Assembly: GCA_021161345.1 (NCBI GenBank)
Contig: JAGHAU010000086.1
Span: 1 to 57,818, forward strand
Source of the DNA: Anaerolineales bacterium
GTDB lineage: Bacteria; Chloroflexota; Anaerolineae; Anaerolineales; UBA11858
Reading direction: 5' to 3'
Length of the DNA stretch: 57,818 nucleotides
Made by a program: the position numbers and the translations under genes. Position 1 is the stretch's first letter. Each line of letters begins with the position of its first letter. Below the pieces are notes generated by a model, which was not told the origin of the DNA, did no database searches, and was given only the letters and a program-made list of their open reading frames with translations. Shown piece after piece: positions 17,955-27,350 of the stretch.

Positions 17955-18656
17955 ATGGAAAAAAACCATCTTTGTCTTCTATGTCCTGTGTTGATGACTT
18001 TTATGGTTTTGGCAGGGTGTATTAAGGTTGATCCTGCATCGGAATCTCTGGAAATCACACTGGCTGTGGATGGGATGGGAAGTAATCAACCAGTGATTGA
18101 TGGAGTTCTGAATCCGGGAGAATGGGATCAGGCTGATCTGGTTCATTTTGAGGATGGGAGCGAGTTATTTTTGCTTCAATCCGGAGAGTATCTTTATCTG
18201 GCTGTCAGGGCCCTCCCTGCTGAAATGATCGCCGGCAACGTCTTCATTAATGAGGGAGATCTGATCTCAATCCTCCATGCATCAGCTGCACTGGGTACAG
18301 CGGTCTATGAAAGAGAAGGAAGCACCTGGCGAAAGATCCAGGATTTTGAATGGTGCTGCCGTACCAGGATGGATGGTGATGAGGCCAGGGCGAACAGGGA
18401 GGTCTTCTTTGATAAAGAAGGTTGGTTGGGAATTAACTCTTTCCTTGGCAATGAAAATGAATTGGAATATAAGATTCGTCTGACTGGATCTGAAGAATTT
18501 TTAGCAGTGAACTTATTGAGGGTTGACAATCACGCCCAAAAGCAGGTTTGGCCGATTGATTTGGTTGATGGACCTGCCCAACCCAGCGAAGGGGGATTTC
18601 CGGAAGTAATGGAATTTTTTCCCGAGAATTGGCAAAATCTGGAGGAACTACCATGA
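17955..18656 (+). CDS. Lipoprotein, possible CBM9/DOMON-like carbohydrate-binding fold
   Basis: Signal peptide with lipobox VLAGC. IDGVLNPGEWDQA is a motif typical of CBM9-like modules. Confidence 0.55.
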   Translation: MEKNHLCLLCPVLMTFMVLAGCIKVDPASESLEITLAVDGMGSNQPVIDGVLNPGEWDQADLVHFEDGSELFLLQSGEYLYLAVRALPAEMIAGNVFINEGDLISILHASAALGTAVYEREGSTWRKIQDFEWCCRTRMDGDEARANREVFFDKEGWLGINSFLGNENELEYKIRLTGSEEFLAVNLLRVDNHAQKQVWPIDLVDGPAQPSEGGFPEVMEFFPENWQNLEELP

Positions 18657-19711
18657 AAAGGAAAATCAAGATGAAATACATGGCTATATATCCTGTTCTT
18701 ATCTGCGCGCTTCTAGTGGGATGTCAAATTAACCCATCCTCTCCATCAGCCAGGCATGGAGCTAAGACGATCTATGATCCTGTGGGAAAACAAATCATAA
18801 TGTTTGGCGGCAGAGGAGAAGGTGAAATAGTGGGGGATTTATTAGACGATATCTGGGCCTTTGATCTGGAGAAAGAGAATTGGCGGGAAATCAAGTCCTC
18901 ATCACCACCACCTTCAAGATTAAGCCCGGGTTTAGTTTATGATCCATCCCATCATCAAGTTATTTTATTTGGGGGTTACAGCAGCAGGGGCCGCCTGGAT
19001 GATACCTGGCTGCTTGATCTGAATGACTATGAATGGGAAGAAGTCAATCCTGCCCTCAGTCCACCCGCCAGAAGTGATTTAGGAATGGCCTATGACGGAT
19101 CCAACTATATCGTTTTATTATTTGGGGGTATGTGCCTGGAAAATCAACGTGATCTTTGTGATGATACATGGGTTTTTGATCCTGAGTCAAACCGCTGGAT
19201 TCAAATGAATCCCCCATCGTCACCGCCGGTGATGTATGGTCACTCGCTGAATTATGACTCACTTAATGATAAGTTCCTTGTTTGGGGAGGGCACATGTCG
19301 AAATTCGACCAGGGCAATATTTCTTCCGCAGGTTACAACGATTCAATTTGGTCATATAGCTATGCTGAAAACCAATGGCAGGAGATCCCTCCAAGTATTC
19401 AAAGCCACCCATCTGCAAGATATTGGCATCAGGCGGTTTATGATGCAAGATTTTCAGGGTTATTTGTTTTTGGAGGAGATGGAGGGCGTAGATATTTGGC
19501 CGATACCTGGTTCTATAATTTAGAAACGAATATTTGGTCTAAGCATATTTCAGAACAAACTCCCCCGGCCAGAATAGTTGGAACCGCGGTATATGCCACT
19601 GATTACGATCAAATTATACTTTTTGGTGGGCTTAGACAGGACTTCTCTAATCTTAACGATACCTGGATATTTTCTGAAATTTCCGGAGAATGGGAGCAGA
19701 AATCTCCGTAG
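18653..19711 (+). CDS. Kelch-repeat beta-propeller lipoprotein
   Basis: Lipobox LVGC. Five to six repeats of the pattern ...FGG....LxDxWxFD.....W. The ATG at 18653 overlaps the upstream TGA (ATGA). Confidence 0.75.
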   Translation: MKRKIKMKYMAIYPVLICALLVGCQINPSSPSARHGAKTIYDPVGKQIIMFGGRGEGEIVGDLLDDIWAFDLEKENWREIKSSSPPPSRLSPGLVYDPSHHQVILFGGYSSRGRLDDTWLLDLNDYEWEEVNPALSPPARSDLGMAYDGSNYIVLLFGGMCLENQRDLCDDTWVFDPESNRWIQMNPPSSPPVMYGHSLNYDSLNDKFLVWGGHMSKFDQGNISSAGYNDSIWSYSYAENQWQEIPPSIQSHPSARYWHQAVYDARFSGLFVFGGDGGRRYLADTWFYNLETNIWSKHISEQTPPARIVGTAVYATDYDQIILFGGLRQDFSNLNDTWIFSEISGEWEQKSP

Positions 19712-19751
19712 ATTAAGGTATAGTTAGATAATACCGGTTTTCGAATGAAGA

Positions 19752-20129
19752 ATGAAGGTCAATCCAATGAAGCCAAGATCCCTTTTATCCCAGACCCTGC
19801 GAATATTTGCGGTAGTTGTCGTGATCGTTCTGGTGATAGTGGCCATCATCGCCGGGATCGGCTGGTGGGCTGGATGGCAGAGCGAGGAAAAGTTCAAAAC
19901 AGCGATCCAGATCGCGGGATTGGTCCTGATCGGAGTTGGATTCCTGGGAATCAAGGGGAATCGGGATACGACTCGCGGTTTTGAGTACCAGGACAGCATG
20001 TCCGTAACAAAGGACGACAGCTGGAAAAGAACTCAGCAGTCTCTGCGAGATATTGCACGGAGCTACTCTTTTTTATTGATCATGTTTGCGTCGGGGGGAT
20101 TATGTCTGATCATTGGCATGTTGATGTGA
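19752..20129 (+). CDS. Small hypothetical membrane protein (3 predicted TM)
   Basis: Hydrophobic segments only; no recognisable motif. Confidence 0.4.
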   Translation: MKVNPMKPRSLLSQTLRIFAVVVVIVLVIVAIIAGIGWWAGWQSEEKFKTAIQIAGLVLIGVGFLGIKGNRDTTRGFEYQDSMSVTKDDSWKRTQQSLRDIARSYSFLLIMFASGGLCLIIGMLM

Positions 20130-20284
20130 AATACAACATTCTCTCTGCCGAGTAAGGCTTAGTCTAAAAATCTACCCATGTTGCCAGCCTGGATCAAAGT
20201 TAACCTCTTCTTGATTGTGGACTTCCCAATAATATATAGTATGATTTTATTTTATAATCCCTTTGTTTTTAGAATGGCCTTCCT

Positions 20285-21388
20285 ATGAAAAGAATAGTTG
20301 TAAAAATCGGCTCCTCGACCTTGACTGCCGGAACTAATGAATTATCCAGGTCCCAAATTGTTAATCTGGTGGGACAAATTGCTCATCTTAAACAAACGGG
20401 GCATCAATTGATCCTTGTATCATCTGGAGCAATTGCAGCCGGTTTGGAATCACTCGGATTTCCTGAATTACCCAAATTCATTCCAGCAAAACAGATGCTG
20501 GCTGCCGTGGGACAGCCGCGGTTGATGAATATATACAGTGATTTATTCGGTATATATGATTTGCCGGTCGCCCAGGTCCTTTTGACCCGATTAGATTTAT
20601 CGGACCGGACACGGTATTTAAATGCCCGGAACACTTTGGAAGCATTGCTAGCCCAGGATCTTATTCCAATCATTAATGAAAATGATACGGTCGCCACGGA
20701 AGAAATTCGGGTAGGTGATAATGACAATTTATCAGCCCTGGTGAGCAACCTGATCGAAGCGGATTTACTGATAATGCTGACTGATAAACAAGGCTTGTTC
20801 ACTGCTGATCCTGATCAGGACCAACATGCGGTTCTTATTCCAGAGATCAATGGAGAACGGATCCCAGACTCACTCTGGAAATCAGCTGGTAAATCTTCCA
20901 GCGAAACCGGTACGGGAGGGATGCACACAAAAGTTCAGGCAGCTGATTTGGCCCGGCGGTCCGGAACGAGGGTTGTGATTACTAAAGGATCCAACCCGGA
21001 AGTGATCCTCCGTGTTGTGGCTGGTGACCCTCAGGGGACCCAATTTAGCGCTTTGCTTTCTAATTTGGAAAGCCGAAAACGATTCATTTTGGCGGGTCCA
21101 AAGTCTAACGGCAGAATAACAGTGGATGCTGGTGCTGAAGAAATACTTAGAAAAGGAAAAAGCAGCTTGCTCCCGGTGGGAGTGGTAAATGTGGAGGGGG
21201 AGTTTGTGAGAGGGGACACGATTTCCATTATAAACAGCAAGGACCAGGAAATCGCATTAGGATTGGCTAATTATGATGTTGACAGTATGAAATGTATCCA
21301 GGGACATCAATCAGGGAAAATTGAAAGTTTGCTTGGTTTTAGTTATGGGAATGAGTTGGTTCATCATGATAATTTGGTGGTAGTGTAG
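20285..21388 (+). CDS. proB: Glutamate 5-kinase with PUA domain
   Basis: N-terminus reads VVKIGSSTLT, with INENDTVATEE and a C-terminal PUA-like region. proA follows directly. Confidence 0.95.
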   Translation: MKRIVVKIGSSTLTAGTNELSRSQIVNLVGQIAHLKQTGHQLILVSSGAIAAGLESLGFPELPKFIPAKQMLAAVGQPRLMNIYSDLFGIYDLPVAQVLLTRLDLSDRTRYLNARNTLEALLAQDLIPIINENDTVATEEIRVGDNDNLSALVSNLIEADLLIMLTDKQGLFTADPDQDQHAVLIPEINGERIPDSLWKSAGKSSSETGTGGMHTKVQAADLARRSGTRVVITKGSNPEVILRVVAGDPQGTQFSALLSNLESRKRFILAGPKSNGRITVDAGAEEILRKGKSSLLPVGVVNVEGEFVRGDTISIINSKDQEIALGLANYDVDSMKCIQGHQSGKIESLLGFSYGNELVHHDNLVVV

Positions 21389-21409
21389 ATCCGTGTTGAG
21401 GAGGTTGCC

Positions 21410-22666
21410 GTGTTAACAAAAATGGCGCAAGATGCCAGGTCCGCATCCAGAGTCCTGGCATTGCTAAGCGAAGAACAAAAAAACAATATTCTGACAGAAA
21501 TTGCTGATCAATTAACTGAAAATATATCTTCCTTAGTTGATGTCAATCAGGAGGATGTAGAAGAAGCCCGGAAGGCAGAGATGCCAGAGCATATGGTTGA
21601 TCGCCTGATTCTGACTGAAGATAGACTGAAATCAATCATCGCAGATTTAATCCATGTTACAGAACTTTCAGACCCAGTGGGTGAGGAGTTTGATGAATAT
21701 TCTCCACCCAACGGATTATTGGTTCATAAGGTCCGGGTTCCTCTAGGTGTGATTGCGGTGATTTATGAATCCAGGCCTAACGTTACTCTTGATGTGGCCG
21801 GACTGGCCCTTAAAACCGGTAACGCGGTGATCTTAAGGGGTGGTAGTGAAACCATCAGAACAAATAAATCGCTGGTGAGAATCATTCAAGCGGCATTACG
21901 AAAAAATCAACTCCCTCCTGGAGCTGTACAGTTTATAGATTCGCCGGATCGGAAATACATTGCTGAACTACTGAAAATGCATCAATGGGTAGATATGTTG
22001 ATTCCGCGAGGGGGTGCTGGCCTGCATAAATATTGCCGTGAAAACAGTACCATCCCGGTGATTACGGGCGGAATCGGGATTTGTCATCTCTTTGTAGACC
22101 AGAGTGTCGACTTCGAAGCAGCAGTTGAAGTGGTTCATAATGCTAAAGTTCAACGACCTACCGTTTGCAATGCTCTAGACACGTTGCTCGTGCACGAAAT
22201 GGCTTCAAATGAATTTCTGCCTTTGGTGGCAAAGCGTCTATTAGACGCAGGAGTCAGTTTGCGGGTTGATAAAAGGGCATGGAAGATTCTAGATCCTCAA
22301 AATTCTGAAGGGATTCAGATTGCTGGTCCAGATGATTTTGATAAGGAGTGGCTTTCACTGGTTTTAGGTATTAAAATTGTTGGTGATCTTCAAGAAGCGA
22401 TTCAACATATAACAGAGCATGGCACTCAGCATTCTGATGGTATTCTCACAAAAAACAAAGATCATGCCAGAAAATTTGTGACAGTAGTGGATTCAGCCGC
22501 GGTTTATGTTAATGCCAGCACACGTTTTACTGATGGATCCCAATTGGGATTAGGTGCTGAAGTGGCAATTTCCACGCAGCGCTTGCATGCTCGGGGACCG
22601 ATGGCCCTCAAAGAGTTAACAACCTATAAATGGGTGATCCAGGGGGAAAATCACATCAGGGAATAA
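21410..22666 (+). CDS. proA: Gamma-glutamyl phosphate reductase
   Basis: VIYESRPNVT, CNALDTLLVH and ASTRFTDG motifs. GTG start follows a GAGGAGG Shine-Dalgarno sequence. Confidence 0.95.
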   Translation: MLTKMAQDARSASRVLALLSEEQKNNILTEIADQLTENISSLVDVNQEDVEEARKAEMPEHMVDRLILTEDRLKSIIADLIHVTELSDPVGEEFDEYSPPNGLLVHKVRVPLGVIAVIYESRPNVTLDVAGLALKTGNAVILRGGSETIRTNKSLVRIIQAALRKNQLPPGAVQFIDSPDRKYIAELLKMHQWVDMLIPRGGAGLHKYCRENSTIPVITGGIGICHLFVDQSVDFEAAVEVVHNAKVQRPTVCNALDTLLVHEMASNEFLPLVAKRLLDAGVSLRVDKRAWKILDPQNSEGIQIAGPDDFDKEWLSLVLGIKIVGDLQEAIQHITEHGTQHSDGILTKNKDHARKFVTVVDSAAVYVNASTRFTDGSQLGLGAEVAISTQRLHARGPMALKELTTYKWVIQGENHIRE

Positions 22667-22687
22667 CTGATCAGATTTATCTTATAT

Positions 22688-22717
22688 AAAAAAAGACACC
22701 ACCCCGAGGTGTCTTTT
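22688..22717 (+). terminator. Rho-independent terminator after proA
   Basis: AAAGACACC-accccga-GGTGTCTTT followed by TT. Confidence 0.7.
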
Positions 22718-22805
22718 TAGATTGTTTTCAGTGTTAAATCCCGCATAGATCCTTTGTTCTTTATATATAAACACCCCTATAGTAAAAAATCAACAATATT
22801 TGCTC

Positions 22806-22835
22806 TTGACAATACTGTGTGATATACTGTATAAT
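22806..22835 (+). promoter_or_regulatory. Near-consensus sigma70 promoter of the padR operon, probably giving a leaderless mRNA
   Basis: TTGACA at 22806-811, an 18-nt spacer with direct repeats ATACTGT (22812-818 and 22824-830), and TATAAT at 22830-835. The ATG lies at 22843, only 7 nt after the -10 box, and there is no Shine-Dalgarno sequence. Confidence 0.55.
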
Positions 22836-22842
22836 GTGAAAC

Positions 22843-23205
22843 ATGATGATAAATAACACTCAGTCTGAACAGTATCTAAAGCTAACCCAGGAACTCCGCA
22901 GGGGTATTCTGGTCCTGGCCGCTCTCAGCCAGCTGGAGGAGGAAAAATACGGCTATGCCTTGATCAATAGCCTGGCTGAAAAAGGATTGGACATTGAACA
23001 GGGTACCCTATACCCTCTCTTACGGAGATTGGAGACCCAGGGTTTGCTGCAAAGCGAGTGGAATGTTGAAGGCTCTCGCCCCAGGCGCTACTATGTGATT
23101 AGTCCGGAGGGTACTCAGACTCTTGAGAAACTCACCGGTGAATGGCGCGAAATTACACACGTCATGGAAAAATTATTGGCTGGTATAGCCAATAAGGGAG
23201 AATAA
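22843..23205 (+). CDS. PadR-family transcriptional regulator
   Basis: YGYALINSL...GTLYPLLRRLETQGLLQSEW...RRYYVISPEG. Confidence 0.85.
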   Translation: MMINNTQSEQYLKLTQELRRGILVLAALSQLEEEKYGYALINSLAEKGLDIEQGTLYPLLRRLETQGLLQSEWNVEGSRPRRYYVISPEGTQTLEKLTGEWREITHVMEKLLAGIANKGE

Positions 23206-23206
23206 A

Positions 23207-24211
23207 ATGAATTTACTAGATAGATATATCCATGAAGTAGGGCGGCACCTGCCGCGAAAAAGCCGGAGTGATATTCAAGCAGAGCTGCGCTCCTCATTTG
23301 TTGATACCCTGGAAGATCGATTTGGCCAGGATGCATCAGAAGAGCAGACATCTGAACTTCTCAAAGAATTTGGTCAGCCTCGTGATATAGCAGCTTCTTA
23401 TCACCCACAAAGCCAATACCTAATTGGACCGACTCTGTATCCGATATTCCGGATGGTGATCTGGATTGTGATTGCCGCAGTTCTTGGTGCTCAAATCCTG
23501 GCTTGGGGAATCGGGATCTTTGTTGATGGAGATGCGTTTTCTGTTTGGGAAACGCTAGCGTCCCTTGTAGCCAGCGTTCCGGCTTCATTGGGCTGGGTCA
23601 TTATTACATTTATGATCCTTCAGTATTTTGATGCCAAACCTGATTTAGAAAATCAACCCTGGGATCCAACAATGCTGCCCGAGATCGACACAGATCAAGA
23701 AATAAAACGCGGAGAGCTGATTGTGGGGTTGGTATTTGGCACATTGATCTTGGCTTTGATCACTTTATTCCCCCAGTGGGTTGGATTTATTACATTCCCG
23801 GGAGGGAATTTCTATCCCAACCCGGTAATTCTGGATTACCTGGTCCTAATCCAGGTATCTCTGCTGGCAACTATTCTGATGAATATTTACCTGTTCTGGA
23901 AAGGGAGCTGGACCTTCCTGACCAGAATGATAAAACTGGGATTGGATGCCTTCGGTGTAGTAATCCTGGCATTCCTGATCCAGGGGCACAATGCCTGGTT
24001 AGCAGCGAATGGCTCTACCAGCTTTACGATTTCGATTTCGCTCATTGAGAGCAATAACTGGGAGCTGGTTGGCATGCATGCGTTCAGGCTTGCGTTTGTC
24101 GTTGCCTTTATCGTCACAATCATTGAAATATTTGCCACCATTTACCGCATGGTGAGATCAAAAATGGCGAGTAATATTTCTGCCAAAGATTTTGTACTGA
24201 AAGTTGAATAA
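23207..24211 (+). CDS. PadR-associated membrane protein (HAAS/DUF1700-like N-terminal helix domain plus ~6 TM)
   Basis: N-terminus is MNLLDRYIHEVGRHLPRKSRSDIQAELRSSFVDTLEDR, followed by a polytopic membrane region. The start lies 1 nt after the padR stop. Confidence 0.7.
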   Translation: MNLLDRYIHEVGRHLPRKSRSDIQAELRSSFVDTLEDRFGQDASEEQTSELLKEFGQPRDIAASYHPQSQYLIGPTLYPIFRMVIWIVIAAVLGAQILAWGIGIFVDGDAFSVWETLASLVASVPASLGWVIITFMILQYFDAKPDLENQPWDPTMLPEIDTDQEIKRGELIVGLVFGTLILALITLFPQWVGFITFPGGNFYPNPVILDYLVLIQVSLLATILMNIYLFWKGSWTFLTRMIKLGLDAFGVVILAFLIQGHNAWLAANGSTSFTISISLIESNNWELVGMHAFRLAFVVAFIVTIIEIFATIYRMVRSKMASNISAKDFVLKVE

Positions 24212-24240
24212 TTCCTACTGGAGAGTGTCCAGAAATTACC

Positions 24241-24280
24241 AGGGACGAAGTCCTTTCAAAGGACTTCGTCCCTTTGTTTC
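24241..24280 (+). terminator. Rho-independent terminator
   Basis: Perfect 15-bp stem AGGGACGAAGTCCTT-tca-AAGGACTTCGTCCCT followed by TTGTTT. Confidence 0.7.
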
Positions 24281-24345
24281 GGAAGTCTATAAAACCTCTG
24301 AACTCTTATTGGTCTTAAGGTTATAATCCGGCAGGAGGATTTTTT

Positions 24346-25653
24346 ATGTGTGATACCCTGATCGCTGCCCGTGAAGTGACTAAAAACCAATTTGCGCTTT
24401 TCGCAAAAAACTCTGACCGTTCGCCTAATGAAGCCCAATTTCTGGATTGGATTCCGGCCCGAACCTATCAACCCAATGAATCTGTTCAGTGTACCTATAT
24501 TAATATTCCCCAGGTTGAGAAGACAGCTGCTATACTGCTGTCCCGGCCTTTTTGGATGTGGGGAGCGGAAATGGGTATCAATCAACATGGATTGGTGATT
24601 GGCAATGAAGCTGTATTTTCGAAGATCCCAGCTAATAAGGAACCAGCCTTGTTGGGTATGGATTTGCTGCGCCTGGCCCTAGAAAGGGCCAAATCTGCTC
24701 TCGAGGCAGTAGATGTCATTGTTGATCTACTGGAAGAGTTCGGGCAGGGAGGATCGCATATTAAGCCTGGATATCTTTATTATCACAATAGCTACTTAAT
24801 CAGCGACCCACAGGAAAGTTGGGTGCTGGAAACGATTGGAAAGCAGTGGGCAGCTCGCCATATCAACCCCATTTACAGTATATCCAATTTGATCTCCCTA
24901 GAAGGTAGCTGGGACCGTTCCTCCCCTGGGCTGGAAGAGTTTATGGTCGAGAAAGGTTTGGTGCGGGACAAGGACCAGATCAACCTGGCTGAAGATTTCT
25001 CTGACTTGATCTACACAACCTTTGCGGATGGCAAAAGCCGCTGCTCCCGCTCCCTGGATCTGATGTTGCGGAATACGGGAAAGATCACTGTGCAATCCAT
25101 GGCTGAGATCCTGCGGGATCATGGAGGAAATCCTGATCCTACACCAGGATTAGCCGGCGCGGACATATGCATGCACGCCAGCCTTGGTCCCATTAGAGGC
25201 AGCCAGACAACAGCGTCAATGATCGCTTCCCTACAAGCAGATAAGCCGTTGATCTTTGTCACTGGAACTGCAGCGCCCTGTACAGGGATATTCAAACCAG
25301 TCTGGGTGGATGCGCCGATGGATCTAGGTTCACTGCCAACAAGCAAGTTCGATCGAGAGACATTATTCTGGACTCATGAAGAACTGCATCGGGAAGTGAT
25401 CAAGAATTATCCTGACCGAGCAGCTGTCTATCAGGGAGAGAGAGATGCGCTGGAAACAGAATTTATTGAGGGTGCCCTGGCGCTCAGGGATGGTTCTTTG
25501 GAAGAAAGAAAGGTTTATTCTGAAATCTGTTTTCAGAGAGCGGCAGATGCTGAAAAGGAATGGCTGGAACAAGTCAGAAAGGCCCCTGAAAAACAAAGAT
25601 TGCTGCATTCCCTGGCCTGGAGAGGGTTTAACAAGAAGGCTGACATCAATTAG
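24346..25653 (+). CDS. Peptidase C69 / secernin-like Ntn-hydrolase dipeptidase
   Basis: Starts MCDTLIA..., placing the nucleophile Cys at position 2. FAKNSDRSPNE motif also present. Confidence 0.75.
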   Translation: MCDTLIAAREVTKNQFALFAKNSDRSPNEAQFLDWIPARTYQPNESVQCTYINIPQVEKTAAILLSRPFWMWGAEMGINQHGLVIGNEAVFSKIPANKEPALLGMDLLRLALERAKSALEAVDVIVDLLEEFGQGGSHIKPGYLYYHNSYLISDPQESWVLETIGKQWAARHINPIYSISNLISLEGSWDRSSPGLEEFMVEKGLVRDKDQINLAEDFSDLIYTTFADGKSRCSRSLDLMLRNTGKITVQSMAEILRDHGGNPDPTPGLAGADICMHASLGPIRGSQTTASMIASLQADKPLIFVTGTAAPCTGIFKPVWVDAPMDLGSLPTSKFDRETLFWTHEELHREVIKNYPDRAAVYQGERDALETEFIEGALALRDGSLEERKVYSEICFQRAADAEKEWLEQVRKAPEKQRLLHSLAWRGFNKKADIN

Positions 25654-25673
25654 GAAATTGTGTTAATCATAAT

Positions 25674-25706
25674 AGGAAACTGTATCCTTCAAGGATACAG
25701 TTTCCT
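25674..25706 (+). terminator. Strong hairpin (terminator candidate, weak T tract)
   Basis: AGGAAACTGTATCCTT-c-AAGGATACAGTTTCCT, a perfect 16-nt inverted repeat. Confidence 0.5.
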
Positions 25707-25779
25707 CTCAACGAGATCTTGCAACAATCTTTCAGTAATCACGTATATAAAGTAGGAAAACAATTCTAAAAGGCCCGCC

Positions 25780-26802
25780 ATGGCACTTCCAAAATTTGTG
25801 AAGCAGATCAAATCGACCATAGATCACGAATATAAAAGAAGCCTGTATCGCAATCTGGTTTTTAAGGGCGGGGGAGTAAGGGGAATCGCCTACATGGGCG
25901 CTCTGGAAGTGCTGGATGAATACCGGATCGTTGAAAATATCGAGCGTGTAGCGGGTACCTCTGCGGGGGCCATTGGGGCTGCCTTGTTGAGTTTTCGACT
26001 CAGTTTTCCTGAGACCAAAGCGTTATTTAATTCACTGGATCTTACTAAGATCCCTCAAAGCGCAACAAAAACCAGGCGGTTCAAGGTACCGCGGTTTGCC
26101 GAGGAGGAATCCTACCGCCGTTTCATCACGAAATATGGTTGGTACTCCAGCGAATATTTCTATCATTGGTTAGAAAATGTTATTGCTGATCAATGTGGAG
26201 GTGATGGGCGGGCAACCTTTGCGAATTTCCAGGATAGAGGATTCCGAGACCTGTTTATTGTTGCTGCTAATATATCCCGCCAGCGTCCGGAAATATTTTC
26301 TACCACTCATACACCTGATGTCGCAGTGGCTGATGCTGTACGCATGTCAATGTCAATACCAATCTTCTTTGAATCCTTGCAGTTTGATGGCAAATCATTT
26401 GGCAGTGGAGATTATTATGTAGATGGCGGTCTTTTTGATAATTTCCCAATGCATATCTTTGATAGTCCTGATTTTTCAGGACGCGGCTGGTCTTTTCGCG
26501 ATGGTATCAATTGGGAGACTTTGGGATTGTTCCTCTATCCAGACCGGTATTTACACCCCTCGGAACCAGAGATCCCTGACAATGTTTGGGAATATCTGAT
26601 GCTTGCTTTCCGCAATCTATACCAATCCTATGAGATGACTTACTATAAAACCAGCACAGTTGATCAGCACCGAACTATAGAAATCAGTGACCGCGGCATT
26701 GCTACAACTGATTTTGATATCAATCTCGAAGGGGAAAAATACAATCTGCTCTACGAGTCAGGAAAAGAGGCTGTCCGTGAATTCTTTTCAGCTGAAGCCT
26801 GA
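25780..26802 (+). CDS. Patatin-like phospholipase
   Basis: GGGVRG oxyanion motif, GTSAG (GxSxG) and YVDGG (catalytic Asp). Confidence 0.85.
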   Translation: MALPKFVKQIKSTIDHEYKRSLYRNLVFKGGGVRGIAYMGALEVLDEYRIVENIERVAGTSAGAIGAALLSFRLSFPETKALFNSLDLTKIPQSATKTRRFKVPRFAEEESYRRFITKYGWYSSEYFYHWLENVIADQCGGDGRATFANFQDRGFRDLFIVAANISRQRPEIFSTTHTPDVAVADAVRMSMSIPIFFESLQFDGKSFGSGDYYVDGGLFDNFPMHIFDSPDFSGRGWSFRDGINWETLGLFLYPDRYLHPSEPEIPDNVWEYLMLAFRNLYQSYEMTYYKTSTVDQHRTIEISDRGIATTDFDINLEGEKYNLLYESGKEAVREFFSAEA

Positions 26803-26844
26803 TCCAAATCCAGATATCCATTATCCGATCGGGAAAATCGGAAC

Positions 26845-27333
26845 CTATTTCGGGGTAAATTTGTGCCAGTTCCAATCCTGAAAGTCATTCATAAAGATCT
26901 TCTGGTCTTCTGCGTCCTCAATCTTCTTTCCCAGGTCCACAGCCAGATCATAATGTTCTTTCGCCCGATCCTGATCATCTGCCAGGGCTGACGCCCTGGA
27001 CAGACACTCTTGAGCGAAAGCAAAATCAAAATCCTCCATATCAGAAGGATTGTCTTCTGTGACTGCCCGGCACTTAGTGGCTCAGTGAAGAGCCTGGTCA
27101 GCATTTTTCAGCACCTGGTAAATCTTGGAGATCATTCAGTATCCACGCTGTATGTCAAATACAGTGCCAACTTGCTTCCAGTGATGCAGAGACGCAAACG
27201 CGCCCAGAATCAAATTCTCATCGTCCTCCGGAGTCCGATTTGATTTGTCCAGGAGTTCCCAGACCCCATTGTAGGACGATTTGACGAATTTCAACTGGGC
27301 TTTGTTTAGTGATATTTCTTTTTCTTCACTCAT
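26845..27333 (-). pseudogene. Small helical (TPR-like) protein gene interrupted by two in-frame TGA codons
   Basis: A single frame reads MSEEKEISLNK...VFDIQRGY*MISKIYQVLKNADQALH*ATKCRAVTEDNPSDMEDFDFAFAQE...WHKFTPK. The stops lie at 27136-138 and 27082-084. All three pieces are in the same frame; I verified this codon by codon. Confidence 0.6.
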
Positions 27334-27350
27334 CCTGTGTAAATTATGGA

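Noticed and set aside
25780-26802. Patatin-like phospholipase as a CBASS (CapV-like) or other defence effector.
   Set aside because: No CD-NTase/cyclase, SMODS, TIR, STING or other sensor gene is adjacent. The gene is bracketed by strong hairpins and has its own upstream region, and its neighbours are a peptidase and decayed small genes.
27082-27138. Genome-wide TGA reassignment (TGA read as Trp or Gly), or selenocysteine, as the explanation for the in-frame TGAs.
   Set aside because: TGA clearly terminates feoA (8772-8774, followed by a Shine-Dalgarno sequence and the feoB start), both ABC exporter genes, and the lipoprotein at 18654-18656. The cutA copy also carries a frameshift and a TAA. 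I saw no SECIS-like hairpin directly after either TGA. Local read-through remains possible and is listed as a finding.
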